Source: Rhynchobatus australiae
Taxonomy: Eukaryota
DNA: 64,000 bases
NCBI GenBank assembly: GCA_034780895.1
Contig: JAUZTB010000078.1
Span: forward strand, 13,497,214 to 13,561,213
Reading direction: 5' to 3'
Both the position numbers and the translations under genes were made by a program. The notes beneath the pieces are model-generated. The model saw nothing but the letters and a program-made list of their open reading frames with translations, did not search any database and was not told the DNA's origin. Below, piece by piece: positions 26,101 to 40,100 of this stretch (positions are counted from its first letter, which is position 1; every line of letters starts with the position of its first letter).

Positions 26101-27811
26101 CTACAGACTGAAATTCTATCTATCCCCAGTGTTATGAAAGGTGGGTCTGGCCACATTGCTGAGGAACATTTCTTTCAGCTAGACCATACCATTCTATTCA
26201 TCTACCACAGAAAAGTTTGTGCAAAAAAACACCTTTGACCACAAGTTCATCATGGAGTGGTCTGCACTGAATATATGCTATGTCCTGCAGGAAAGGCAGG
26301 GAGTGGATCCTTTTGGATGGTTCATCCAGCAGACCAACAAGGTCATTTGGCAGAAAGCCACATTAGCAGCATCAAGACCTTGTCTGACTGGAGGTGAGAA
26401 GGGCTGTCAGATCTTTCTTGCAAAACCAGAATCTCAGTACCACCACTGGCCTCAAGGTGGCTGCACTGCTGATTAAACCATTATCTATCTTCTGAAAAAT
26501 GCATTTGCCAAAAAAAGTTTGGAAAGTGAAAGTAATATTTGTCAAGGCTCATTCTGGCCTTCCATGTAACATACGACTCCGTGCCCTAACAGCTGGTCCC
26601 AGGGACACACAATGAGACAAATACTAACCACTACTGGAAGATTATCAGTGAAAGACACACTCTGATTTGCCTGAAACTTGCTAAGTCTTCCAGTGCAAGC
26701 TGTCCACAAAAGAATGTTGCAAACTGGCACATTGCATGGTTCAAGACCGTATGCTGTGTGTCGGACTAAAGCTTGGTGCAGCCAACTGCAAAGGCTCTAA
26801 GGGGAAATTAGTAGTCTTCTCGCCATTGCACATTTGTAAGGCTAGAATATATATTGAAATAAATCCTTGGACTGATTGCCCATTGCAAAGAAAAACGATG
26901 TCATGTTGCTGTGAATGGAATTACTGGGCTAGTACTGAAGATAGAACATATTAGGTACTTGCAAATGTTATGAATAAAGTAATATATTCGAAGTAGGTTT
27001 TCGTATTACAGCACAGAGCACCGTTAAATTACACTTTGCTGCCTAATTCCTCCGAATTTCTCATTCTCACCATCAATTTCCCATCCTTCTCCAATTCCCT
27101 GCTACCTCGCGCCCGCTCCACTTGTATTTTCCCATCTCCACAAGGCAGTCACACCAAGCTCGTTGACAGCACTGAAAAACCAAAAGGATGTTTGACCTGA
27201 AATGTCAACTCCTTCCACAATGTTTCCTGACCTGCTGAGCGTTTCCAGCCTTTACTGTTTTTGTTTCTTTAACAGCACTGACCTGCCTCCCCTTAATGTG
27301 ACGGCAGCTGTTATTCTCAGCAAGCAGCTGGTGTCTGTGAAAATACATCGACTTCTACAGCTTCCAAAAGGCAACAAATCATAATAGCAATTTCTTAATT
27401 TGAGGGTGCAGCCGTTTTGCTAGTTGTTCTGCTAACCATTGATTTAGTGTTAGAGTAAAACAATCCGGCCTGCCAAAACAAAAAAAAACCTCCAACTTCT
27501 AGGGATTAGTACCTGATGTTCATGCATTAGGTGTGGCTCAGTTGTTGCAGAAGGCCTAAGATCAGTCCTCACTCCAGAGATGAGCACAACTTTCCTTGCC
27601 AAGGGCTGTAATGAAGGAGTGCTACAATGTCGGAGGGACGTTCTTTCCGGACGAACCATCGTTAAACCGATGATTTGGCTGTTCTCTCAAGTGACCATTG
27701 CAGATATCATCATGTTATTTCAAAGAAGTTTCCCCACGGTGTCCTCGGGCCTACGTTTATACCCGATCCAACAACACTCTAAACATAGTGTGATTACTTT
27801 CACAAGAGTGG

Positions 27812-27939
27812 ACTACGTGGGATCTTGCTATGCGGGGAAAGCCTGCGGCGTTCCTTCAAATGTCATTGGATGGGGGCACTGCGTGGGATCTTGCTGTGCG
27901 GCGAAAGCCTGCGGCGTTCCTTCAAATGTCATTGGATGG
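27812..27939 (+). repeat. 66-bp tandem duplication (about 2 copies) in the promoter
   Basis: actRcgtgggatcttgctRtgcggSgaaagcctgcggcgttccttcaaatgtcattggatgg at 27812 and 27878. Confidence 0.92.
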
Positions 27940-28118
27940 CTGCGACGCAGCCCAACAGGCGGCCGAGCCGCGAGCCAACCCTGTTCCCGCCACTCCTCCT
28001 CGAGGCCTCCCTCCTGGCGCCAGCTCTGCCCGGAGATTGGCTGGCGCGGTGACGAAACAATGCCGCCTGTGTTGAGCGGGAAGCGCGCGGTGGCGCCTCG
28101 CTGGTGGCCGGGTGGGAG

Positions 28119-28176
28119 ATGGCGCCTTGCGGCTACCTGCTACTGCTCAGTTGCATCGTGGGTAACCTACCACTTG
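28119..28176 (+). CDS. Gene 2 exon 1 (signal peptide MAPCGYLLLLSCIVGNLPL)
   Basis: Strong Kozak gagATGG within the CpG island, donor g|gtgagt (phase 1). An in-frame alternative donor g|gtaacc lies at 28161/28162. Confidence 0.8.
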
Positions 28177-31100
28177 GTGAGTATGGTGCCACCAGAGAGG
28201 TAAAACCAGTCACTCACAAACTACACCGTCAAACAGCCCCGACCAGCTGCTCAGACAGATATGGCAATGGACCAATTAATCCTCATCCTATTGGGTCTGA
28301 TTATTAATATTTACATAAAGGGAAAAGGGCTAATGCACCCCAAATAACCAAAACGTTTCACAACTAATAACTTACTTTTTTAGTTGTAGTAGAAGAAGAA
28401 GATTCCAATCTTGACTGCTGGATCATTCCCCCAAATTTAATTGCTTCATGTTGGAGCATGTGTCTGAAGGTGCCTAGGCCCTAAGTGGTGGAATTTCCAC
28501 TTTGAATATCTTCTCCCCTTCTCTTAATTGCTTTCTCCTCCTTCACAAAACTCCCTAAAACCTCCTGTTCCTACAAATCCTAATGTTGTTTTCTATGGCT
28601 CATCACTTAATTGTGTTTGAAAATAAGAGTATAAGCAGGAGCCGGACTGGACTTTTTCAAAATGATTGCTGATTTTCCACCACAACACCATTTTTCAGCA
28701 CTATCCTACTGTTCGACTTGCCTAATGTCCAGAAATCCAGCAATCTGTTTTGAATGAACTCCACATTTCTCGGGAGAATTTCAAAGATGATTCATTCTCT
28801 GAGTAAAGAAATTTCTGATCATCTCAGTACTGAACAGCCTACTCTTTATTCTGAAACTGCAACCCCTGGTGTTTGGCTCCTCAGGAGGGCAAGCAGCCTG
28901 TTAGGCCCTATAAGAGTTGCAGTGAAATCTCTCCATATTCATCTGAGCTCTAAGGAATACAGATCTCCTTGTACAATAAATGTGCCATCCCTGGAATCAG
29001 TGTAAGCAATCTTTGCTGCACTTCCTAAAGTGCATCCTTTCTTATTTAGAGTGACCAAAACTACATATACATAATACTCCAAATGTAGACCTGCCAAGGC
29101 CCTATAAATTGTAGTAAGACTTCCTCACTCCTGTATTCAGATCCCCTTATAATAAAGGCTCACAAACATCACCTATATACGATTTCAATAAAATACACTG
29201 ATATTCTGTTACGTGCACTAAGGTGGTTGACCTAATGTTTTTCCAAATATATTCCATCTTCCTTGTTCTCTCCCACTCACTTGTTTCCCTCTGACGTCTC
29301 TATATCTTCCTCCACACAAACTTAGGAAAGGATATTTAGTTCCCTTAGTCACATCATTGATAGTGATTGTGAATCTTAGGTAGTACCAGTGCACTGTCCT
29401 TCAGATACTGTCAAGGGGATTTTAACCCACTCATTACAGCCTGTCAGTGTGAGAAGGTTCTGTTTATTCCCAGCCTTTTGTTTCAATATCAATTTTCAAT
29501 TCATATGAAATTCCCCCAATTCCATGTGTATTACTTTGTTGATCAACCTGCATGGAACCTCATCAAAATCTTTTGGAAATACACCACACCTACTAAACTC
29601 TTATCAGTTCCACTAGTCGCATCCTCAAAGAACTCCAGCAGATTACTCAAACATAATTTTCAAAGATCCATCTTGTCTTTGCTCAATCTAATTATTCTTT
29701 TCAAGATTTTCTGTTATTACATCTTCCATTATAGATTCCAGCATTTTCCCATCTGATGACATTCAGCCAACAGGTCAGTAGTTCCTTGTTTTTCTCTCCC
29801 TCTTCCCAAATAGTGGGGTCACTTATTTCACACTCCAATCCAAAGATACGATTGTAGAATCAATAGAATTTTAGAAGACGATAAGCAGAGCATCCGTTAA
29901 CTTTATAGCTACCTGTTTCAAAACTGGGATGTAGATCATCAAGTCCTTGGGATTTATCAACTTTGAAGCTTCTCTAGTACTATTTGTTGACATGCTTATT
30001 TCCTTCAGTTCTTTATTCTTGCTTGATCCCAGTTCTCTCATATTACTGAAAATTTTTGTGTGTCTTCCATGAAGACAGACTTGTGGTATTTCCTTACCCT
30101 CTATTTCAAATTCTCCCAATCCTTTCTGCAGGAGATCCACATTTNNNNNNNNNNNNNNTTCCTTTTTAGATATTTATAGAAACATTTACAGTCCATTTGT
30201 AATTTTCTCATCAGTATACTCTCATATTCAACCTTACTTTATTCATTTCATAGCCATTCTTTGATGAGTTCTAAATTCTGTAAATCCTCATGCCTACTCT
30301 TTATAAGCTTTATAAACCTCTTCATTTGATTTAATGTTAAATTTGTCAGCCACAGAAAATGATCCTGTAAGTAGCTTGGGATGTTTTAATATGTTAAATG
30401 TATTGATGGGCAGCCAATTGTCCAATGGTTCACTCTCAAATGAGACAACCGAAAGTAGATAGAAGCATTTGTACTTTGTCCATTTGCTCTTAGTGTGACA
30501 TTTCCTTTTGTTGGGGTTTAGGTTGCCAGCACTTATAATTTCTACTTTTGAAACCAACCAATCTCACTTTCGACCTCTGCCTTCAAAGCACTTCGTCACT
30601 ACTGGTTTCCCTCACCTTGCTTCCATCTAATTAATAAAGACTGTTTGCAGGAATTAGCTGATGACTCCTTTATTATGGGTACCATGAAAGTAGATTGAAG
30701 CCAATGCACTGTGTTCCAGTCAGTGTGAGAACAAAAACCAACTTGCCACAAACTGTTATTTTACTCTTTTCTGAAACTGTTTTCCATTTCTAGATTGTAT
30801 TCATTGTATTATTCAATGAGATAGAAATTGGATTTAAATGGGAGATTTTTACTGCATCTTGCTTATTCACCTGCCTCTGGGCATTTACTTTGAGAAGTGA
30901 TGAATTTTGGAGAGATGTGCAGCAGCTGTTCTGCATTCTCCCATGAGCAGTGGTTCACTTTGTTCTCCTTGTAGCAGAGAAGGCGGAGGTTAGATTAAAA
31001 GAGACATTCAAAATCAGAAAGAATTTTAACTGTATAAATAAGGAGAAATTGTTTCCTGTGGCAGCAGGGTTGGTGACCAGAGGATGTAGATACAAGGTGA

Positions 31101-34100
31101 TCCCCAAAAGACCTTGATACAGTGAGAATAGAAACAATTTTTCACTGGTCTCACTGATTCAATGGGTGCTTTCAAAAGGAAATTGGATGAATACTGTAAG
31201 GGAAAATTTTGAGGAGTAGACAGGGTAATGAGTGTAATTGAATTATTTCAAAGAGTTTCCAGAGGCACAGTGATTCCTCCTGTGGAATGGCCTGCTCATA
31301 TGCTGTAGCATACTTTGAGTTTATGTTATGTGGGAACCCACTATACACATAGTAATTTCCCACTATAGCATTTCAGATGAATAACCCCATTATCAAGGAT
31401 TAAATCTTAGCTGGTACCACTGTCCTATCTCGCAGATATTGTCATGGGGGATCTTTACCTCCATCTGAACATGTAGATGGGACCTGACCTTAATGATTGG
31501 GATCAGAACCTTTGGTATTTCTCAGCATTGGTGTGTGCAAGATTGGGATTCTTGCACGGATGCGGAAGTCCTAAACTTTCTGGTTGAGTTCCATTGGTGA
31601 CTTCTTGGTACCACCAGAGTGCATAAAGGCCAACATCAGAATTGGAGCTGGTTGATATTCACTTTCAGATTCTGCAGCAGATTAGTCCTGCAGCCAATTG
31701 TAAAATGCATTCATCTCATTAGTGGTTTTATAGCTGTGTGGAAGAAAGGCAGGAATAAAATAAGTGATTTTTAAATTGGGATTAGAATTATACAGCAAGG
31801 AAACAGGCCTTTCGGCCCAACTTGTCCATTCCAACCAAGTTGCCCACCTGAGCTAGTTCCATTTGCCTGCATTTGGCTCATATCACTCTAAATCTTTCCT
31901 ATCCATTGTATCTGTCCAAATGTCTTTTAAACATTGTAATTGTACCCACATCTCCCACTCCCTCTGGCAGCTTAGAACAAGCATCACCCATTGTGTGAAA
32001 ATCTTGCCTCTCAGGTCCCTGCTAAATCTTTCACCTTAAACCTATGCCCTCTAGACTCCCCTACCCTGGCAAAAAGACTGTGACAATTCACCTTATCAAT
32101 GCCCCTTATGATTTTATATACATCTATAAAGGCATCTCTCAGCCACTTACATTCAAGGGAAAAAAGCCCCAACTTATATAGTCTCTCCTTACACTCAAGC
32201 CCTCCAGTTCCAGTAACACCCTTGTGAATCTTTTCTGCACCCTTTTCAGCTTAATAACATCCTTCCTATAGCCAGACGACCAGAACGGCACACAATACTC
32301 CAAGAATGGTTTCGCCAAAGTCTTGTACAGTTGTAACATGACGTCCCAACTCTTGTACTCTGTGCCCTGATCAATGAAAGCAGGCATGCCAGATGCCTTC
32401 TCCAACACCCTTTCTACCTGTATCGCCATTTTCAGGGAACTATATACTTGTATCCTAGGTGTCTCTTTTTACAACATTCTCCAGGTCCCTGCTATTGACT
32501 ATATAAGTCCTACCCTGGTTTAACTTAACAAAATACAATGCTTCGCACTTGTCTACCATTCCTTGGCCCACTTTTCCAGTTGATCTAGATTCACTACATC
32601 ACCAATTTTGGTGTCATCCGCAAACTTACTAACCATGCCAACTATATTCTCATCCAAATCGTTAATATAGATAATGGGCGAAAGTGGACCCAGCACCAAT
32701 CCCTTCAGCACACCAGTGGTCATNNNNNNNNNNNNNNNNNNNNNNNNNNNNNNNNNNNNNNNNNNNNNNNNNNNNNNNNNNNNNNNNNNNNNNNNNNNNN
32801 NNNNNNNNNNNNNNNNNNNNNNNNNNNNNNNNNNNNNNNNNNNNNNNNNNNNNNNNNNNNNNNNNNNNNNNNNNNNNNNNNNNNNNNNNNNNNNNNNNNN
32901 NNNNNNNNNNNNNNNNNNNNNNNNNNNNNNNNNNNNNNNNNNNNNNNNNNNNNNNNNNNNNNNNNNNNNNNNNNNNNNNNNNNNNNNNNNNNNNNNNNNN
33001 NNNNNNNNNNNNNNNNNNNNNNNNNNNNNNNNNNNNNNNNNNNNNNNNNNNNNNNNNNNNNNNNNNNNNNNNNNNNNNNNNNNNNNNNNNNNNNNNNNNN
33101 NNNNNNNNNNNNNNNNNNNNNNNNNNNNNNNNNNNNNNNNNNNNNNNNNNNNNNNNNNNNNNNNNNNNNNNNNNNNNNNNNNNNNNNNNNNNNNNNNNNN
33201 NNNNNNNNNNNNNNNNNNNNNNNNNNNNNNNNNNNNNNNNNNNNNNNNNNNNNNNNNNNNNNNNNNNNNNNNNNNNNNNNNNNNNNNNNNNNNNNNNNNN
33301 NNNNNNNNNNNNNNNNNNNNNNNNNNNNNNNNNNNNNNNNNNNNNNNNNNNNNNNNNNNNNNNNNNNNNNNNNNNNNNNNNNNNNNNNNNNNNNNNNNNN
33401 NNNNNNNNNNNNNNNNNNNNNNNNNNNNNNNNNNNNNNNNNNNNNNNNNNNNNNNNNNNNNNNNNNNNNNNNNNNNNNNNNNNNNNNNNNNNNNNNNNNN
33501 NNNNNNNNNNNNNNNNNNNNNNNNNNNNNNNNNNNNNNNNNNNNNNNNNNNNNNNNNNNNNNNNNNNNNNNNNNNNNNNNNNNNNNNNNNNNNNNNNNNN
33601 NNNNNNNNNNNNNNNNNNNNNNNNNNNNNNNNNNNNNNNNNNNNNNNNNNNNNNNNNNNNNNNNNNNNNNNNNNNNNNNNNNNNNNNNNNNNNNNNNNNN
33701 NNNNNNNNNNNNNAAACTCATCCCACATACAAAGTCATGCTGACTATCCGTAATTAGTCATTGTCTTTCCAAAGGCAGGTAGATCTCCTGTCTGTCAGAA
33801 TCCCTCTCCAGTTATCTTCCCACCATTGATGTTAGGCTCACCAGCCTATAGATCCTTGGCTTTTCCTTGCAGTCCTTCTTAAATAACATTAGCCACCATC
33901 AGGTTCCACAATGATGCAAATATCTTTGCCAGGGCCCCAGTAATTTCTTACTATCTTACCATAATGTCCTAGGATTTATTTGGTCAGACACCAGAGATTT
34001 ATCCACCTTTATGTGCTTTAAGACCACCAGTACCTGTTTTGTAATGTGGATATGTTCGAATACATCACAGTTCTCTTCCCTGAATTCCCTTGCTTCCATA

Positions 34101-37100
34101 AACCTTTCCATAGTAAATACAAAAAGAAATATTAATTTAAGGACTTGCCCAGCTCCTGTGGCTCCACACATAGATGACCACATTGATCTTTAAAGGGCCT
34201 TATTCTCTCCCTAGTTGTTCCCTTTTGCTCTTAATACATATGAAATCTCATGGGATTATCCTTTACTTTATCTTTCAAAGCTATCTCATGTCTTCTTTTT
34301 GCCATCCTGATTTCCCTCTTAAGTGNNNNNNNNNNNNNNNNNNNNNNNNNNNNNNNNNNNNNNNNNNNNNNNNNNNNNNNNNNNNNNNNNNNNNNNNNNN
34401 NNNNNNNNNNNNNNNNNNNNNNNNNNNNNNNNNNNNNNNNNNNNNNNNNNNNNNNNNNNNNNNNNNNNNNNNNNNNNNNNNNNNNNNNNNNNNNNNNNNN
34501 NNNNNNNNNNNNNNNNNNNNNNNNNNNNNNNNNNNNNNNNNNNNNNNNNNNNNNNNNNNNNNNNNNNNNNNNNNNNNNNNNNNNNNNNNNNNNNNNNNNN
34601 NNNNNNNNNNNNNNNNNNNNNNNNNNNNNNNNNNNNNNNNNNNNNNNNNNNNNNNNNNNNNNNNNNNNNNNNNNNNNNNNNNNNNNNNNNNNNNNNNNNN
34701 NNNNNNNNNNNNNNNNNNNNNNNNNNNNNNNNNNNNNNNNNNATTTTTAACTAGATTTATGTTTTTGAGTGGCAGGGTCTTCCAGATGTACTGGAAAATA
34801 TCAGTAGCTTTAACATACTTCAGAACTGGGTAGTTTGTTTTCTGTCAAAGTGGTTTGGCCTGACGTGCTCGTATCAACCAAGTTACAAGGTTTTGTTCCT
34901 GGGACGGTCTTGGCTAACTATGTTAGCCATTCAGATTATGAGCTAATAAGTTTGGCACCTGGGTGAAACAACAATGGTTAATGCAGAGTGGGTCCTACTT
35001 GGCAAAACCTGGATCATTACCTCAATATACACATCTCCTGCTACAACCAAAGCTTTCCTCGTGCTCAGCTATGATCTTTGTGATCATCTAGAATTGGTTG
35101 TTCTGACTCAAGCAACAATACAGCTAAGCTGATACTTTTAGCTCAAATGCAGAAAAGTAGAATCGGTAACAGCAACCTCTTTCCTCCTTCACTCTGTGAT
35201 AGGGACACAATCAATAAGCAGAAATGTATTTGTGTCCTCTCTTCAATGAATTTGCGGATCTCTGTTGATGGAATATTTAGCTACAGCTTGCCCAAACAGT
35301 GCACATTGATTACTCAAATTATTGGATGTACTCCCCTGTTGGTAACTAAACCGCCATCCTAATGCTCATTGTGGAAATTTGCACACAAAGATCCAAAAAA
35401 AATGGCAGATTTGGAAGGCACAAGATGCAGCTGGCCTATGTTAGCACTTTCAAGATATACCAGACAATTTCTTAAAATTATAACATTAAAGAAACCCCAG
35501 CAACAAACAAAATGCCAGAACAACTCAATAGGTCAGGGGCAGCATTTATGGAGGGAAATGGACAGTTGACGTTTCAGATTGAGACCCTTCATCAGGATTG
35601 TTTGTTGGTCTAGATTTCCAGCATCTACAGTCTTTTATGTCTCCAAAGAAACTGTCCAAACCAGCTTTTTCTTACAGTTGTATTATGTTTCTGTAAGTTT
35701 TCTTTCTAACAAAGGACATTACAAACTTCTATTTTTAGCTGCCTCCACTTTTGGATGTGTCTATGCCTTGTTTTGTAGGAGATGATCATTTAACATGATT
35801 TATTGAGAATACAAAATGTTAGTAATGGTAGCTGTGAAAGTTAGAAACAAAGGTTTAGTGTCCCACATTTACATGTTTGTAATAATTCCCATACTATGCT
35901 TCATTTCAGCATTTGCTCGTCTAAATAAATGGAGAGCTACACATGAAGAGGACAATCAGAGACAATCTGTTCCAATCTCTATGGTGGAACAAAGAAGTGG
36001 ACACCTTCGCAGACTGCATGGAGGTGAGATAGACTATTACAGTCAAACAATAGTGAATGAAGCTTTACATGTGCCCCTGATTAGGTACATGGTAAATGAG
36101 CAGACTGGCATTTTACCTTGGCCATTAGCTTCAAGGCTTCAAAGAGCAGTTCTCCAAATTTAAACCATGTTATGGTAAACCTCAGAAAAGAATACTTGTA
36201 TTTACATAGTGCCTTTCATGACCTTGGACCATTTAAATACTTCTGCTATAGTGAGGCAAGGTTATCTGGGAAACGTAGAATGTAGAATACACAGCACGAA
36301 GTGTGTTGATTGAGAGGTAAATATTAGTCAGGATATGGGAAGAAATCCCTTGCTCAATTAGTGTTCTGGGATCCTTTTTCATCAATTTGAGAGGCCGCAC
36401 AACACCTCAATTTAATAGCAACAAATAATCAGCTGGAGGTGCTCAGTGGGTTGAGCAGCATCTGTGGGCGGATGGAATTGTCGATAACTCCTTCCTCCAC
36501 AGATGCTGCTTGACCTGCTGAGCTCTTCCAGCAGATTATTTGTTGCTCCAGATTCCAGCATCTGCAGTTTCTTGTGTCTCCACCTCAATTTAACATCCCA
36601 TCTGGAAGGGAGTACATCTAATAGTGTAAAACTTGCCCATACTGCATTATATTGTTGGCCTAGTTTATGTGCTGAAGCGTCTGCAGTGGGACGTCAGCCC
36701 AGAACCTTCAGACTCAAATTTGAAAATGTCACTGTTAATCTGCAATTGATACCTAGATGGCTCAGTAGGACAGTGTTTCCTCCTGCTTTTCCTTCTCTGT
36801 TCTGCACATGCTGAGCCTTGCTGGTTCCTTTAATCTAGTGCTTAAAACTGCATTCATTAGCTGTGACTTTGAATCAGATATTGAGGTTTGAATCTGCACT
36901 TGACTCTCTGCTTGAATAACTTTCCTGTGGTGTGGAGCCTAAAGTTATTTAAATTCACCATTACATTGAGATTTTTAAATTTTGTATCTCTTGCCATGAA
37001 AACAAATGTTCCATTAGTTTTTTTTTAAACCTTTATGTACTTGGCAGCTATATTTAAAATCTTCTGAATCGGAATCCCAAACATTACCCAACTTTTCCAC

Positions 37101-40100
37101 AAAGAATATTTTTTAATATCATCTAGGAATTACTGTCATTGACCTTTTATTGCCAGTTATTATCATTTCTTTGGTCCTCAGAATTATTCACCTTATCTTA
37201 TCTTTTAAAATCATCTATAAGGTAGGTTCAGAAATCTTGTAGCTGGATGCATATCCTGCATATGTGACCCCAGGTGTCAAGGCCTCTTGCTAGCACTGGG
37301 TCTTAGTTGCTAGTCCATTATTTTGAAAACATTTATCCTCGTGCCTCTAAATACTCAATATTAGTCAGTTATTCAGATTAAACTGCTGGTATATTTTTGT
37401 CTACTTGGTTCAGCTGCTGTAATTTAATTTATCTATGCTTATTATGGCCACAACAAGCTGTTGGAATTTTTCCAAACTACTATCACAGTCATAGTCCCCC
37501 TCCCAGATTTGAAGGATCCCTAATTAAAGTTGATGGTGTGAAGGATTGTGATTATTGAGGGTGTACAGAGAGGAAATGTAGACACAATATCATAGATGCT
37601 TGAACCTGGAGCAAAAATAAACATGGAGGAACTCAGTGGGTCAAACAGTATCTATGGAGGCAAAGAAGTGGTTGACATTTCAGGTCGAGACCTTGCATCA
37701 GGACTGAGAACATAGAAGGAAGATAGCTAGTACACGTTGCCTGGACTGGAGAGCATGTTTTATGAGGATAGGTTGAGTGAGCTAGGGCTTTTCTCTTTGG
37801 AGTGAAGGAGGATGAGAGGTGACTTGATAGAGGTGTACCAGATGATAAGAGGCATATATCAAGTGGACAATTAGAGGTGAAAATGGCTCACATGAGGGGG
37901 CACATTTTTAAGGTGATTGGAGGAAAGTATAGGGGGATGTCAGTGGCAAGTTTTTTTTACAGAGAGTGGTGGGTGTGTGGAATGTACTGCTGGCAGAGAA
38001 GGTGGGGGCAGATACATTAGTGGCACTTAAGGGACCCAGGCACATGAATGGTAGAAAAATGGAGAGCTATGTGGGAGAGAAGGCTTAGATAGAGCAGGAT
38101 AAAATATCAGCACAACATCATGGGCCAAAGGGCCTGTACTGTGTTCTAATGTGCTGTGTTCTATACAAGTTTTTTCTAAAAATTAAAAAAGCACGCATTA
38201 TTTCATACTAAGCAAAAGAGAAAATTTCAAATACTTATTTCCTGCAGTTTGTATGAACTACCACAAATATTAAAATCACAAAGCAAAACTTAATTTCCCC
38301 CTCTGCACCAAATTCCTGACTTCACTTCATTTAAGTTCACTCAGTGAGACTGATTTTAAAAATGCATCTTAACTGCATTTTTGTTTGGTTATCATCCAAA
38401 ATGTGTATGATGTTTTTTTGTGCTATTGATAACTTGATCCTATTTATAAAATATTTATAAACAAATATGTAGAAACAAAACATATGTTGTCTTTGAGAAA
38501 GTTATCACAGATAGCTGCCACATTACATGATTTTTAAACTGATATTTTCCTTATTTTAGTCTATTCAAAGAAAGTACTCCCATTTCACAAAGGAGAGCAG
38601 CATAAATACAGCTTAATGCCAGTCATTCGCAGAAGACGATATCCCAATGCTTTTCGTGAGTAGCAAAATGTTACGAATGGAATATTTATTATGTAAAACA
38701 AAAATGGTACCTGCCCATCATAATTTTATGGTAAACAATGATCAGGGTGTGTGGGCAGGGGGTGGTTCTCATGACTTACAAACAAAGCACTGGGACAGAG
38801 ATAGTACTGGGATTATAAAGATGTGAGGTTAATAATTATATTTATGGTGATGGATGATAGCACAGGAGAAATTACACTGTGAGAACAATGACTACTAGAA
38901 AGAGCAAGAAAAACTGATTATAAAGGTGAGGTGGCGAATGGTAGTGGTAATTCATCATTGCGAGTAGCAGAAATAGGGTATCAGCAGTCTTCTTCACTGC
39001 ACTTGCTTTTTTCCATGTTGGAGAAAGAAATTGAGTTGGGTAAAAAAAAGGGCTATCGTCTCATAGTTGCAGTTTCTTGCTATTGTTAGAGACCAGTTTC
39101 ACCATCAACAGAGATTCAAAGGGTGGCATAGGCAACATGGGGACAATGATTGTACTGGCAGTGCAGGAAATACAATGACAAAGCAGATTCTTTATAGTAA
39201 CTAAGCAGACTGGAGGGATATACGGTGATTAGAGAGAGTATGCAGAGGGTAGGAGAAACACACTTTGCAGAATTTTAAAATCCAAACTTGCCAGTAGCTG
39301 CTACTTAATTGACCTCATGTTTTGTAGTTTGTTCATTGTTTTGCTTCAATCTGACCATTTGGCTTTTTTCCTTGACTGTAAATTTCTATTTGACTATTTG
39401 ATTGTTCCAAAATGAATCATAAAATCAGTGTTTTTTTTCATTCTTTGCATCAAGGTCAAATCTGAACTTGATACTTCCAGCATTTTCTGATACTATGGTT
39501 GTAAAATATCTCTTTGCAAATCCTCTAGGCAATAAAGAAGTCATAGTAGATGAAGAACCAACTGGTGGACATAAAGAATATTATTTACCTGTACCTCCAT
39601 CTAGACTTTATCCACATGTATATCAAGGTGTGAAAAAAATTCCAGGATTTCAGTAATGGACTGTACGGTACTAAGGCTTTAGTGATTATATGTGTATGAA
39701 TAAAGAACTCATTCTCAAACTTTAGGGTAAGAAATAACTTGCATTTCTAATTGAATCTGAAGAGGATACAGGATGACTTAATAGAGGTCTTTTTGGTAAA
39801 ACAAGATTTTGATAGAGTACATGTGGAGAAGTTTCCACTTATAGGAGAGACCAAAAGCAGCACCAGTAATATAAGATCATGGAATCAGTCATAGCATAGA
39901 GGGCGATCATTTGCTCATCAGTTAGTGTTCTTTATAAGAGTTTAATCATTACTCCCATTCCTACCTTAACCTTAACTCATGGTATTTTCCTCTTCCAGTA
40001 TCTGTCCATCTCCTTTTTAAAAGTTATGATTAAATCTACTGCTCTAACTTCTCAGACAGTCCATTCCAGATTACTGTAGCACTCTGCAATTCACCTCTTC

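Larger units (their letters stand above)
27810..28250. promoter_or_regulatory. CpG island promoter of gene 2 with three reverse CCAAT (ATTGG) boxes
   Basis: The only GC/CpG-dense stretch in the window. ATTGG at 27865, 27931 and 28036. Contains exon 1 (ATG 28119). Confidence 0.8.

Noticed and set aside
27580-28203. 207-aa ORF with an internal 22-aa repeat
   Set aside because: It spans a decayed repeat, the 66-bp promoter duplication and the CpG island. The signal-peptide exon is in another frame (ATG 28119).
30794-30820. Strong acceptor tttccatttctag in gene 2 intron 1
   Set aside because: There is an in-frame TGA after 8 codons in the required phase.
18267-34833. Long ORFs of 200-400 aa in the track (18267-19487, 21537-22325, 32553-33757, 34174-34833)
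   Set aside because: They are almost entirely X from N gaps, not coding sequence.
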